In this document: piece by piece, positions 37,460 to 49,640 of the stretch
How the letters are laid out: each line of letters begins with the position of its first letter
How positions within the stretch are numbered: the stretch's first letter is position 1
Assembly: GCA_044892505.1 (NCBI GenBank)
Contig: CM097882.1
Location: forward strand, 135,036,001-135,100,000
Origin: Schmidtea nova
Taxonomy: Eukaryota
Direction: 5' to 3'
DNA length: 64,000 nucleotides
Made by a program: the position numbers and the translations under genes
Notes under the pieces: model-generated
Databases searched by the model: none
Told to the model about the DNA's origin: nothing
The model's input: only the letters and a program-made list of their open reading frames with translations

Positions 37460-37980
37460 TCTTCTCATATATCGAACAATTTCTCTTTCGGCTGTTGTTG
37501 TAAAATTTTAACCTCATGCTGAACTGATTTCTAACAAATTATCAGTCAAATATATTCGTCAAATGACATGAGGCAGAGCATGGTTTTCATATTTTATCAC
37601 AGTAACTGGAGAATTAAAAGGTTCGAAAGCGAGTTGAATCATCTTTTCTTTTTTGCCTTTTAAATTCAACAATGCACAATTCACAAAACTGGATATTCTT
37701 CTGCAGCTACTCTAAGCTCATTATTGAATGCATGATGCAAGAACTTTTCCGTATCACCCCAATTTATCAAAATATCGTGCTCTATATGGTATTTTAAAGT
37801 TAAAATACTTCTTAGACTGATCCGCATAACTATTATAAATATCGTTTTGTCCCTTGCCATCCATAATGCCTAAATATCTTGGCCGATCAACCATCGATGG
37901 GAACATAGTTTGTGGATCATCATGTCCAGGAAATCCTGCTTTACAGATATAACATCCAATAACAAAAGCAGAAATGTATT
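37460..37980 (-). pseudogene. Actin pseudogene (N-terminal ~210 residues; intronless, with stops, frameshifts and an internal deletion)
   Basis: Minus-strand translation: [125 protein letters not shown]. These blocks are collinear with conventional actin. Confidence 0.9.
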
Positions 37981-38189
37981 CTTACATATTGTCTTACATA
38001 TACTTATTATTAATCAAAACTATTTGACGATAAAAATGTAAAAAACCAACGATTGTTAAACTTTTAATTTCATAATAAAAAATATATATTTTACTCCAGT
38101 TACCAAACATTAATTGACAAAATTAAACAAATCTTAATTAACCATAAAAAATTCAATAAAACTTTATAATTTTATAATTGTCCAGAATA

Positions 38190-38440
38190 AGTTGGTGTAT
38201 TGCCGGGTTTCATCCTGGTTTTACTGAACTTCCAAACTCAGACACCGGAAATATAAATATTTGCATCTTCGCTATTATAGAGCTATTTTGGTGCTAGATA
38301 ATGTTTAAATTTGAAAATATCATCGTAGACCTTACCTTGTGTGGCACCCACAAAATATAGCTGAAAGTTGAAAATAACACAGTTGACCTAGAAATGACGG
38401 CCAGAAATATATCGGCAAAAGTTACTTCGCTACTGTTAAC
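38190..38440 (-). other. Possible exon-intron-exon fragment of a nested antisense gene
   Basis: A 42-nt intron-like segment 38294-38335 with a GTAAG donor and TAG acceptor matches the local intron size class. Flanks are GC-richer; reading frame not resolved. Confidence 0.3.
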
Positions 38441-40321
38441 AGTTTGGAGATTTTTCTGTTTTATAAGTATAGGTTACAATTGAAAAAACCAGTGCCAACA
38501 ATTTATGTCAAATTGAAAACATTTTGAACTAAAGTCTGAAATAACGAAAATAAATGGTTCATGTTTTGCAAGAAAATTTAATATTATATTATGTATAATT
38601 ATTACCTTTATTATACACAGCCTGAGGTATATATGTTGATTCTTGTATCAATTCAGCAAATTCATTTACATTAAAATTTGAAAAGATAATGCTATAAAAC
38701 AGATTCTGTAAACACCGTTTCATTAATTCAATTGTATTTTGTTGCAAATTATTTAATTCATATTAATACGACCATTTCAACATGTGACCATATGCAATGT
38801 TTTTTTTGTTTCTTTATCATCGGCGGTGTAAATATGTAAATCTTGTGTCCTTGAAATTACATCATTCAGTTGTCCTTGCAAAAGTTAAATGCAAATACCG
38901 TATCTTCTAATGACTGTCCAAGAAACCTACACTATTTCCATATTCAACTACTATAACGTCAGAGCTCACAATGCGAAAGATTTTTTAGATTCATACCTAA
39001 AAGAACATTCAATTTTATTTACAAGAAAAAATATATTCAGATTTCTTTCATCATCAATTCTTTTCAATTATTAATCAGTATTTTTATTAATATGACATGA
39101 ATATAGATTTATAGTTTAAAAAATTTAAAGAATAAACCAATGGTGAAAAAATCCATCTACGCGTACTTATTCGTGTCAAACAGTCAGAATTCCGGGATAA
39201 CTATGAAAACGCATTTTAAATAAACATACATTTAGCCACACCCATCTAACATTGAAAATTTTCGGCCACTTTAAATTATAATACTAAAATATCACGTGAG
39301 CGTGACATCATAAATATTTACCGCAGATTTAGTTTGTAAATGGATTGTTAAGATATGCACCATTTCCAATTTCAATCTTCTATAAGTAGAGACTTGAACA
39401 GAACATTCGAAGCATACATACAGACATTTATGACAAGTAATCAAATGCACTGAGCAACTACATAGACGGATAAAAATAAATAAATCTGAATTTATTTAAA
39501 TCTGTCCAGCTTAAACACAAAAATTATTTCAGCATGACCAAAAAAATCTGATTATAACAAATTGAATTTAGAAATTCTGTAATTATTTTTATATTTAAAT
39601 ACAAATATTTCCAATCTTAGTTTCGTGTTGAATCAATTAATAGTTTCAATTATTTACTAACATTTGTAGCCGATATAAAATCCGTCACCATACATATCTA
39701 ATTTTATATAAATTACGAAAAATGCGACGGGCTCTATAGTTAGTTTCCTAGTAAACGATAAGGTTCTCTCAATCCATAACTCATTAGGCTTTCAGGTAAA
39801 ATATGTGGCAAGTGCACAAGTATCGACAGACATATACCGAGACCAAAATAAATAATAATTAAACAATATTTTCTAATACTTTATGATTGATAAATATAAC
39901 TAAAAAAGTCACCCATTTGGAAGATTTTTAAAAGACAATTTTTCTAAATTTAGGTTTGCTCACTTTCGAAATTTAAAGTTAAAATATTAGCCTTATTTGC
40001 AAGTGTTAAATTTTTCAAGGGTTGAACATTTTCAATAATTCCGCAGTTGAATTAATTAATCAGCAACAATAATTATGCATATTTTATAGATAAGCTAGTA
40101 AAACTATTTTTATAATGTCCTGCAAAATATAAATGTTAAGTTAACAGAGTTGAATTATAATAGAAGTTTTCAGTTGTATGGTGCCACTAAAATTCATTTA
40201 TTTCTGTGGTCATTCATTAATTTAATGGAATAAGATTATATAAAATTATATAAATTATAAATAAATTGTAAATATTAAATTATATAAAATATTGATTATC
40301 CTGAATAAAAATTAACCTTAG

Positions 40322-42825
40322 ATAAAAGAAATAATAGGAAACGACAAGTGGAACAATTGGTTTAATGTCCATTGTGGAAATGAAGGCAAAGTAATTGTAT
40401 TATGAGCTTTAATAAGTTATGAAACATTTTTACAGATATCGCCATTTGAAATATCAACATTCAGCAACATTTTAAGGTACGACGCAATATCTGGGGATGA
40501 AAGCAATGCAACAGTTATTATTGGCGTGAGACTTGTAAATGATGATGCAATTCTTAGTAAATTCATTAAATATTTTATTTATGAAATTATATACACATAT
40601 GCATCAGGTATTGAGGAGGCAATTGAAGAAAAGTTGATCAATGTGGAATATCAGACTTGTAGATTTGATCGAGAAAATAAAGATGAAATGAGTTGGAGAA
40701 ACGCAATAGAAGAGAAAGTAATGATTGCCTGCGAAATCCGTAAAGACATGATGACAGCGGAATATGTGAAATGCCTAATAGAGAGCAACATAAATGAATA
40801 TATAAATACGGATGACATAGAAATCCTCGGAGCAGTTGATACATCGGATAATAAATTATTGGAAACGAATGAAGCGGTTGATAGGAAAATATTAGATTTG
40901 AATGGGCATTTATTTACGGATGAATTGAGCAATTGTGTGATGGGATTAAGGCAAGCAATTGATAATGGATTTGTATTGGCAAAGAAAAAGGATGTTGATT
41001 GTGAATTACACCGAGTGCTTGTAGGGTCAGTGAAGGTAGGTAAAGGTCAAAATGAAATGAGCTTAGAAGAAGCAATAAAAGCAAAAGTGATTGATCAATT
41101 AGAAAACGTATACAAAATAGAAGAGGAAAATGTAGAGATGCGAATAATGGATGCGATAATGTTGGGAATGATAAACATTGGAGAGAAAACGGAAGGAGAA
41201 GAATTAAATTGTAAATCATTTGCAATTGTACAAAGAAAACCGAGCGATCCAGAAATAGCAGAATTATGTGAATATTCACCAAATAAAGCAGTGAATGTGA
41301 AGATCTTGTGCAAGGCCATTGAATGTGATTGCATGAATGAATTTCTGATTTGTGATGATGTGAAAGAAAGTATTGCGAAAAGCATATTCAAGAATCGTTT
41401 GGAATTAGATCCAATGATTTGTGATGTCGGTGAAGAAAAGAAAAGCATTTTGAAAGGATTTGTGAAAGGTTTGATAGATTGTGAAGAAATGAAACGGTTG
41501 TTAGAAAATGTGAAAGATTTATTTGCAGGAGAAATGTTAGAAAGGTTGGATGAAGATTCAAATGGTAAAGAAATCATTGAAGCGTTGAACAGTGCCGACA
41601 TGAATGATCGGCTGGCGGAGATATTAATAATTGATGAAAAGGATTCCACGATAGAAAGTGTATCAAATATTGATGAGGGCGACGAGAACAAGAAATATAA
41701 AACAAAGATTAACGTTGATGAATTATTGAAAAATCTTAATCAATTGAAATGTTTTGATAGATTTGGAATGGACACGATTGAAACTGCAGTAATTGGAAAG
41801 AATGAAGATAGAAAGGAAGAGTTCGAGATGCCGATATTTGAATCAGTAATGAATGGGATGTTTAATTTGGACGAGGTGGAAATTTTTGATGAGAAAGGAA
41901 GAGAAATGTGTTCAATGATTGAAAGTGTCGCACGAGGACTGATTGATGTGAAGGCAGCAGAAAGTATTTTGGATTGTTTAGAATCGCTGAGCTTTGAAGA
42001 ACTAATAAAATCTGGAATATTTGACATGGGAAATAATTGTTTTGATAAAACTTTGTCACTGGAAGATGCAATTGAAGAGGATTTGTTGAGACCAGAAGTT
42101 GTATATTTGAATTTGTGTGAGGAGAATAAATTAATAAATTTGAGTAAAATGATTGAATGTGGAATGTTGAACGCTTCAGAAAATAAAGTGAAGATAGAGA
42201 AAAGAAATGGGGAAATAGTGGAAATGAAATTGAATGAAGCACTGAAGGAAGAAAACGGAATATTGTCAAGTGTTGTGAATAGTGAAGAAATGAAAAAACA
42301 GTTTCCAAGATGTTTGAAAGATCTGTTGACAAATGAAGAAGTGAATAAAGATAATGACATAATAATATTTCCTGGAACGAAAATAAAACCAATGCTGATA
42401 AAAGATGGATTGGAAAACAGTTTGTTGAATGAAGAATCAACGGTGAAATTGATAGAATGGAATTTGGAATCCGGAGTAAATGCAATGGAATACTGTGGGG
42501 ATCCAGAAATTGCAGATCTCATCAATGATTTGAATGGATTATCAATAATTTTACCTGAAGTGTTGGAGAACTTGAGAAATGGAGAAAACGAAGATGTGAT
42601 GAAAGTAAACGATAAACAAACGATACATGAAATGATAATGATGAAAATTCTACTTAGATATTAGAAGCATCCGTGAAATCAAACTTAGATGAAGAAGTGA
42701 ATTTATTCGACCGAATCAAAGCTTGTCTGCGTGACCACGCGAGCCATGACAGTGTTGATGAGGAGAGGCCTGGTGTAAAGGCGCTGAATGCAAAGTACGA
42801 CGATGTTAGGTCTTTGTTAGAAGAG
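40322..42825 (+). CDS. Plakin-repeat module 4: exons 40322-40390, 40436-40556, 40608-42604, 42658-42825
   Basis: The 69-nt exon IKEIIGNDKWNNWFNVHCGNEGK aligns with LKSSTRNDYLDYWFKVCFAAEVE. Introns of 45, 51 and 53 nt. 2355 nt, phase 0 at both ends. The ORF track reads through the 51-nt intron. Confidence 0.8.
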
Positions 42826-44099
42826 GTTTGTTCGATAATTATTATTTATCAGTAATACTCTAAATGAATTAATAATACTTAAATTGAACGTATTTTCCTA
42901 ATGAACATCTTGTTTTACTGAACACAATTTTTTGCATTTCGATTTCTTTAGTTTTAAGTCTTTATTTATCGAAGTATGTATTTATTTTTATAACTCATTT
43001 TAGAATACATATTATTGTTATGATATTGTAATATTTCATATAACTATATATTGTATTGTCTTCTAATCAAACGGTTGAAATATATTTTTTTCCAAACGTC
43101 TCCTAGTGCAGTTATATCTTATCATGATTTAGCATATTAATCTCTTCGAATACTTATGAAACTCACCACGCATTCCATATCTTGACTATGCCACTGATAC
43201 ACACAATGCACTTCAAATTGAACATAAAACTTTTTTTTTCAATTTGGCTAAAAGTAAAATTATATTTATGATCTTTTTTCCCTTACAAATAACCGCATAT
43301 TCAATCCGGGTACTACAAGTTTGTTGACCTTAGTGTTTGACCTTAGTATTGAACGTGGACTGTGTTGATGTTATTAATTGAACAGGTCTCCGTGTAGAAT
43401 TCATTAGTTACTAATAGGCTTTTTTTTGTCTTGTAAACTCATTTCCAATCTATTTTTCTCCATCTAATTGGATAAATATTTATAATTCAATTTATTCCAA
43501 AATTATTTCTTGACTTTACACCTTACATGACAATAACTGACAAAATCGCTGTTGAAACTATTGATAGTTGGTTTAGCTTTGTGTTTGCGTTCTTTCAACC
43601 CCCTGTCTAATAAATCACCTCAAAACATATTTTTTTAAAGACTTATCAACCTGTTTGATTACTTCAATAGTTGTTATTTCAGTGCTGTCTTTTAATTTTA
43701 TCATTTTATCTCTTCACTTAATACAATTCAATTTGATTTTACCGTCTTTTAATTATTTCTAATCTAATAAACAGCTCAATTTACATCAAATGCATTTATT
43801 TTCAGCAATATTCAAACAATCGAACAAAAATTTTAAAAATTAAAATTCATTTAAATACCAAATTTAATTTAAGATAATTTTTAAAAGCTAACTTAAAGTT
43901 TATAAAAAATTCTTGTTTTTCAATTCACTAGTTAAAATTTCAAAATTTTCTGAAATTCCTAATTATTTTTCAATAATTAAAGATCGTCAATTAGAGTTTA
44001 TTTATTTAATTTCATAGTTCACTATAAGACAATACAGAGCTTTAGTAATTTAATCATTCGAGAATAGTTGAAGTGTATAACGGTAATGCAATACCCAAT

Positions 44100-45600
44100 T
44101 TGTTATCGACTGTCTCACTGAGCAAAAATATTTTCGTCACTCGATTTAGATCAAGTGTATTATGAAGTTGGACTTGCGTCAGATATTCAAAAACTGACAG
44201 CGTTCATAACAAGAGAAGAAACATTATGTTTTAACAGACTGCTACTTGGTCTAAAAACAGCTCTTGCTACTTTCCGGTTGCTGATGCAAATAATATTTGA
44301 AAGTATGCTATTTAGAGGAATAATTGTTTACCTAGATGGCATTATAATTTATGGAAAAGACCAAAAATAACACTATATTAACACTATACTAAATATTTCA
44401 AAGAATTCAAAAGGCGAGATGGAAAAGAAACTCAGAGAAATGTGAATTCAACAAAACTAAACTAGGTTTTCTTAGATACACAGTTAGCGGAAATAGTATT
44501 CAAACAGAAGAAAAGTTTAAGAAATTGAAAAAGTGGAAGTACCACAATGCTCGAGACAGTTAAAATCATTTACTGAAATTACAAATTATTACAGGAGATT
44601 CATAAAGGACTATGCAAGAATGACGGAAGAATGCACAAATTGAAGGAGAATTATTAACTGTTGAAAATAATAACAAATGATAATAAGTTCCGGAAACATT
44701 TTCAGTTTTATTACAAAAGCATTACATGAAGAATTATGTCACATTGGAGTTAAGAATCTCTTCCACTCTGTAGAAAAAATATTTTATTGAATAAAAATGC
44801 AAGGAACAATGCAGGTATATCTAGGTTGTTGAGACATCTTTTCTACGAGGAAGATAGATCAATCAAGAACGAAAGAAATATTTATTTCAAGTGAAAGATC
44901 TGATATTTTAGAAAATATTGTCATGGATGTAGCACATATGGAAATAAATGTAAAAATAAAATATATGGTAGTAATAGTGGATCGGTTAGTAAATTGCTCA
45001 GTTTGACTGCAATAATTAAACAAAATGAAGGAACAATTTTCAAGGAAATACTTAACAGGTGGATTTACAGTTTTGGAAAGCCAAAAAGCATACTAACAAA
45101 CAGAGGTCAGAACTTCAAAGGGAATTTCTTAAAAGAACGACTAAATAAACTTGGTATCAAACAAGAATTCAACTCATCTTATCAGCACTAATTAAATGGA
45201 TTAGCCAAGCGCTCTACAAGATCATAAATAGATCTCATACATCAACATTGGCAGGAGGATGTAAAAAGAAAATTTGGCTTCAACTGTTATCTAGAATAGA
45301 ATTCAGCATAAACAGCAGTCGGCAGAGCGCAATGGGTATATATTTTTTTCGAGATTATTTACAGACGTAGTGTTAACTTACATTCTAACCTGAAGAAAGT
45401 AAGTTTACAGGGAAAAGAATTGAGGCAAGATGCAAGATGTAACTCTTATAAAGCGGCACAATATATGAAAGTTATGGACAAAACAAAGACAGACATATGA
45501 GAATATTTGCAAGTGGAAGAAGCATTAGTACACAGAAAACCACATCAAAGAAAAAAGACGGAATATAATTCGAAACCGTGTGCAAAATTATCAAATTCCT
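44100..45600 (+). mobile_element. Decayed Ty3/Gypsy pol fragment (RT core to integrase)
   Basis: KLTAFIT...FNRLLLGLKTALATF...IIVYLDGIII (RT). EELCHIGV (integrase Zn region). WIYSFGKPKSILTNRGQNF...LGIKQEFNSSYQH (integrase core). Many stops and frameshifts. Confidence 0.85.
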
Positions 45601-46296
45601 TTCACCGCAATGAATCCCACTTCATCCTTAAGATGGCACAAAAAAGAAGAATATAATGTTTGTTGTTGTTTTTGAATAATAAATTTATGATGTATATTAA
45701 GTGTTCTAACATCAACATTATTAAATCCGATGTAACTCTTAATAAAATGAATTTAATTTTCATCTTACGGGCTATTTTTTTCACGATTACTACCTACCTT
45801 GTAATTTGAAAATTTGTCTTAAATGCTTGAGGTTGGAATCTTTACTGTAATGTAGATACAGATAAAATTAGTTTTATTAGATTTAATGAATTCTTGCTAC
45901 ATTCTATCATAATAAAAAATAAAACTGTATTTGAGTATCGAATGTGAATACCACAGAAATTTTTACAGACAATGCTGGTTTATTATTCATTTTAAACATT
46001 AATTTTCAACAAATTTCAAAAGATCAAAAATGCGAAGAATGGTTATCACTCATCTAAATGTGTTTTAAAAATTGAGGTTATCATGTAGAATGTTTGTCTG
46101 TTTTTGTATTGTAAATCATGTAGGAATTTTTTAATTTTGCTCCATTTTTCTGTGATTGCTCATTTTAAAAGAAAATATCTCGCATTATTCGATGATTGGC
46201 ACATTGAATGATATTGATAATGCCATTTAGAGAAAAATAATCTTTATTCTTGGGTATATATATATAGTACATTTTTTGTTCATCCGCTATCTTTAG

Positions 46297-48844
46297 GCTC
46301 GTGTAGAGTGTCCAGAATTTCATCAACGTTTGGCATTGGAAAGGCTATTCTTTCTGTTATTTTATTAATTTGTCTGAAATCTAAGCATAATCTGATCTCT
46401 TTCTTCTCTTTTTTCCATACATATACTAATGGTGTGCTCCAACGCGAATTACATTTCCTAATAATATCGTTTTTTCTCTAAGTTTTTATTGTATCTTCTA
46501 TTTTATTTTCTAGATTTATTGGTTGTCTTTTAGGTTTTATCATTCTCAGTTCTCCTTTTGTCACGATCCTGTGTTCAATGAGGTCCGTACATCCAATATC
46601 CCATTTATCTGCCATAAAAACATTTTTATTATTTTTCACAATTTTCAGGAGTGTTGTATTTTCTGTGACTTTTAATTTTTCTATCGCGTTTTTAATTCTT
46701 TCGTTATCTGATATATTTCTTCCGAAGTTTGCTTCAATCTCACAAATAAATTCACTATTTCTTTTTTTCTGTCATCGTTGTTATATACCAGTTTTATTCC
46801 AAATGCTTTTTGTAATTCAACTCCTCCAATTATCTCTGGAACAATATTTTTAACAACAATAAATGATAACTTGCTTTCTACATCGTCAATTTTAACTTCA
46901 GTCTAGAATTTACCTACTGTTTCTAGTTTTCTATCATTCGCTCATCTTAACAACTCATCTGTTCCGATTATTTTTACTTTATCTAATTTATCCACAACTG
47001 CTTTGCTATTACATTCACTCGTGCTCCTGTGTCTAATAAATAATTTACTTTACAATTTTTTATATTCAGCATCACCCTAGGTCTACCATGCATCCTATTA
47101 TACATTATCCAATGATCCTTTATTTCTATTTTTATTTCCGTAATTTCATTAATCCTTACTATTTTTTTCTTCAAGAACCTTTATACTTTTTCTGGTGTTC
47201 TGATATCTGTTTCTATCGCGTTTCGAATATTATTTTTATATATTTGGACTTTATTTATTTTCTTTATTATTTATATGATTTACTTTTTCTTTTTATTTGT
47301 TATTTTATCATCATTCGCATTCATTCCATTCATACAATCATAGCTCACAAGCATACCATTACCGGAATTATCTAACATATAGCTCCTATCAAACCTTCTA
47401 TTGATGGAGCTTGACCTTTTGGGTATCTTTCGTCATCATATATATTTATCTTGTTTTCGTATTTCATTGGTGATTTGTCATCTTCGGTTTCAATGGCGGA
47501 TGTTTCTCTTTTATTGAATTGTATGTTGCTTTATTTTCTTGGGAATTTCGTTTATTGTATAGCAGATTGCCTTTATTTTCTCAGTTCTCTATATCCATAG
47601 ATATTTCCCGTTTCAATCACTGTTTGATTCCGTCTTCCAAGGTTAGTCTAACACTCGCTCTCTTTATGTTATCGATGGTTACACTTTCTACACTGTAACA
47701 TTGGACAATGCCGTCTAATATGGCCATCGCCGCCACAAGCAAAATATTGAACTTCTCTTTTTAAATTACAGTTTCTGCTAACGTGCCCAACTTTGTGGCA
47801 TGTCCAGCATTCTAGTTGTCTCATCTGGCTTCTGTCAATTTGATGTCCATTCGGATTTCTACTGAGTAATATGTCTCTGTAACTCTTCGTATTATTTCTA
47901 GGATTACGTATCATTTTCATGGTATTCACTCGATCTATGGTTTTGTTAATTTTCTCCTTCTTTACCGTTGCTTTAATTTCATCTGCGGTTTTCAGTTCCT
48001 TCATCGCAATCTCTTTCTTCGCATCCCTGTCTCAAACACAATGTATTATCAGACATTTTTCGATCTCTTCTTTATTCCATTGTTGTGCAGCTATCTTTTT
48101 TGCCAAAGTCTTTATTTTCCGGATAAAAACTTCTACCGACTCGTTCCCTTGTGTGTCTTTTAGGATTCAGTGAAATCATCTATAAGTGTTGTTCGTTTTT
48201 TAAACGCTGCTCTCAGCTTTTGGTCAAAAAGTTTCCACCCGCTGCTTTGAACTCCCCTCTAAGCCCGTTTTCTATTATTAAAATAACAAAGGTCGGCTGC
48301 ATTTTTATAAGAATTTTTGTCATTTCGAAAAATCTAGGGCATTCCTTGATGAAGTTCTCGGCATCATTTCCTCTGGTAAGTCTCTCATGTACCAGTCTTC
48401 CGATTAGGATATCCGTAGGAGTGATCGCCATGTTAGTTGCAATTACATTACACTCGGTTTCTACTTTAAACATAATTAGTTTTCTATTAATAACAAGATT
48501 TAACTCGACAATTATATTCATTGAAACATATTATTCAAACAATATTAATCAATAATATTATTTAAATATTTTTTTCTGAAGCATCGATAATTTCTATGAG
48601 CCATGATTCAAACATTCTGTAATTCAACATACTGATTAAATTTTATATTTGAAATTTTATTTGAAATTAAAATTTTAAACTCATTTTTTGAATTTAATAA
48701 AATTTTACAATCTTATTTTTAAATCAATATTTATTAAACTTTTTTTATCAAATTTTTAAATATTTATATTAAAACCTCACTCACACACTTACACACACAC
48801 ACACACAATTATATATATAGGCTAAACGAGGAACGTTAATCACA
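46297..48844 (-). mobile_element. Decayed Ty3/Gypsy 5' half: putative LTR 48431-48844, PBS, gag, protease, RT N-terminus
   Basis: Minus strand: TGTG...TAACA followed directly by TGGCGATC (PBS-like). CCHC knuckles CWTCHKVGHVSRNC and FACGGDGHIRRHC. Protease LLDTGARVNVI. RT start SRWSTPLVYVWKKEKKEIRLCLDFR and FPMPNVDEILDTL. Confidence 0.85.
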
Positions 48845-48949
48845 TTGTCTTTGACATTCAAAATAATGTCAAGATCTGCCGCAAACACATTAGAGGCAAA
48901 CAACGACTACGTTTTTAAATTATTTCATCAAATTGTTGAAGAAAAGCTG

Positions 48950-49640
48950 CGTGTTATACCAATATAATACTGAGAATTCTTAAGGTGCATATCGGAAGAA
49001 GACAATTCTTACTTTGTTAATGAACTGAAAGATTCGCCAACAATTGGTTAGTAAAGATGGATATTATCAAATAGATGCCTAACATTGTCAAAGCAAAGTT
49101 TGTCGATCAGATGTTTATGTCTAGATGATAACTTGCATATGTATTTCATCAGCAATGATCAATCTGATGAGATACAAATAGATTGAAGTTTGCATTGAAG
49201 TCAGCATTTTTAAAGAAAAAATAAGAATGAAATGACGCAAGAGACGTTTTGTCATGTTTTACTACTGGCAAAGAAGCTACCAACAAAACTAACCCTAAAA
49301 ACTTTCAAAAGTTCTTTGAAAAGGATCGTTTGACTTTAAAAAGTTATGTCTTTTATACATTAAAGTTTTTTTGCTGTAAAATAATCAATTGCCGCAGTTA
49401 TCGAATTTAGCGAATTGAAATACCTTCGAAATGCTACTGGCGTAAGTAATTTTCATCTAAAAGCATCTTTACTTGAATTTTGTGGAAAAATGCAAAAGAA
49501 CTATATAACTATTTTAACATTGCATCACTGATGGAAAAACTAAATACCGAAATCCTAAATTGCCTGAAAAACTGGAAAGCTGGTGGATATGAAGAAGTTT
49601 TTAACCATTCTGTGCAACCGGAAGAAAGAAATAACTGTTT
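48950..49640 (+). mobile_element. Possible ancient hAT (Charlie-like) transposase remnant
   Basis: Scattered patches (QID...VYV, FFEKDRL, CITDG) fall in the order of the hAT catalytic region; no ORF or TIR seen. Confidence 0.3.

Noticed and set aside
43285-43345. Possible Helitron 3' end (ccgc...ccgggtactacaagt)
   Set aside because: Hairpin and CTAG terminus are too degenerate and no 5' TC end could be paired with it.
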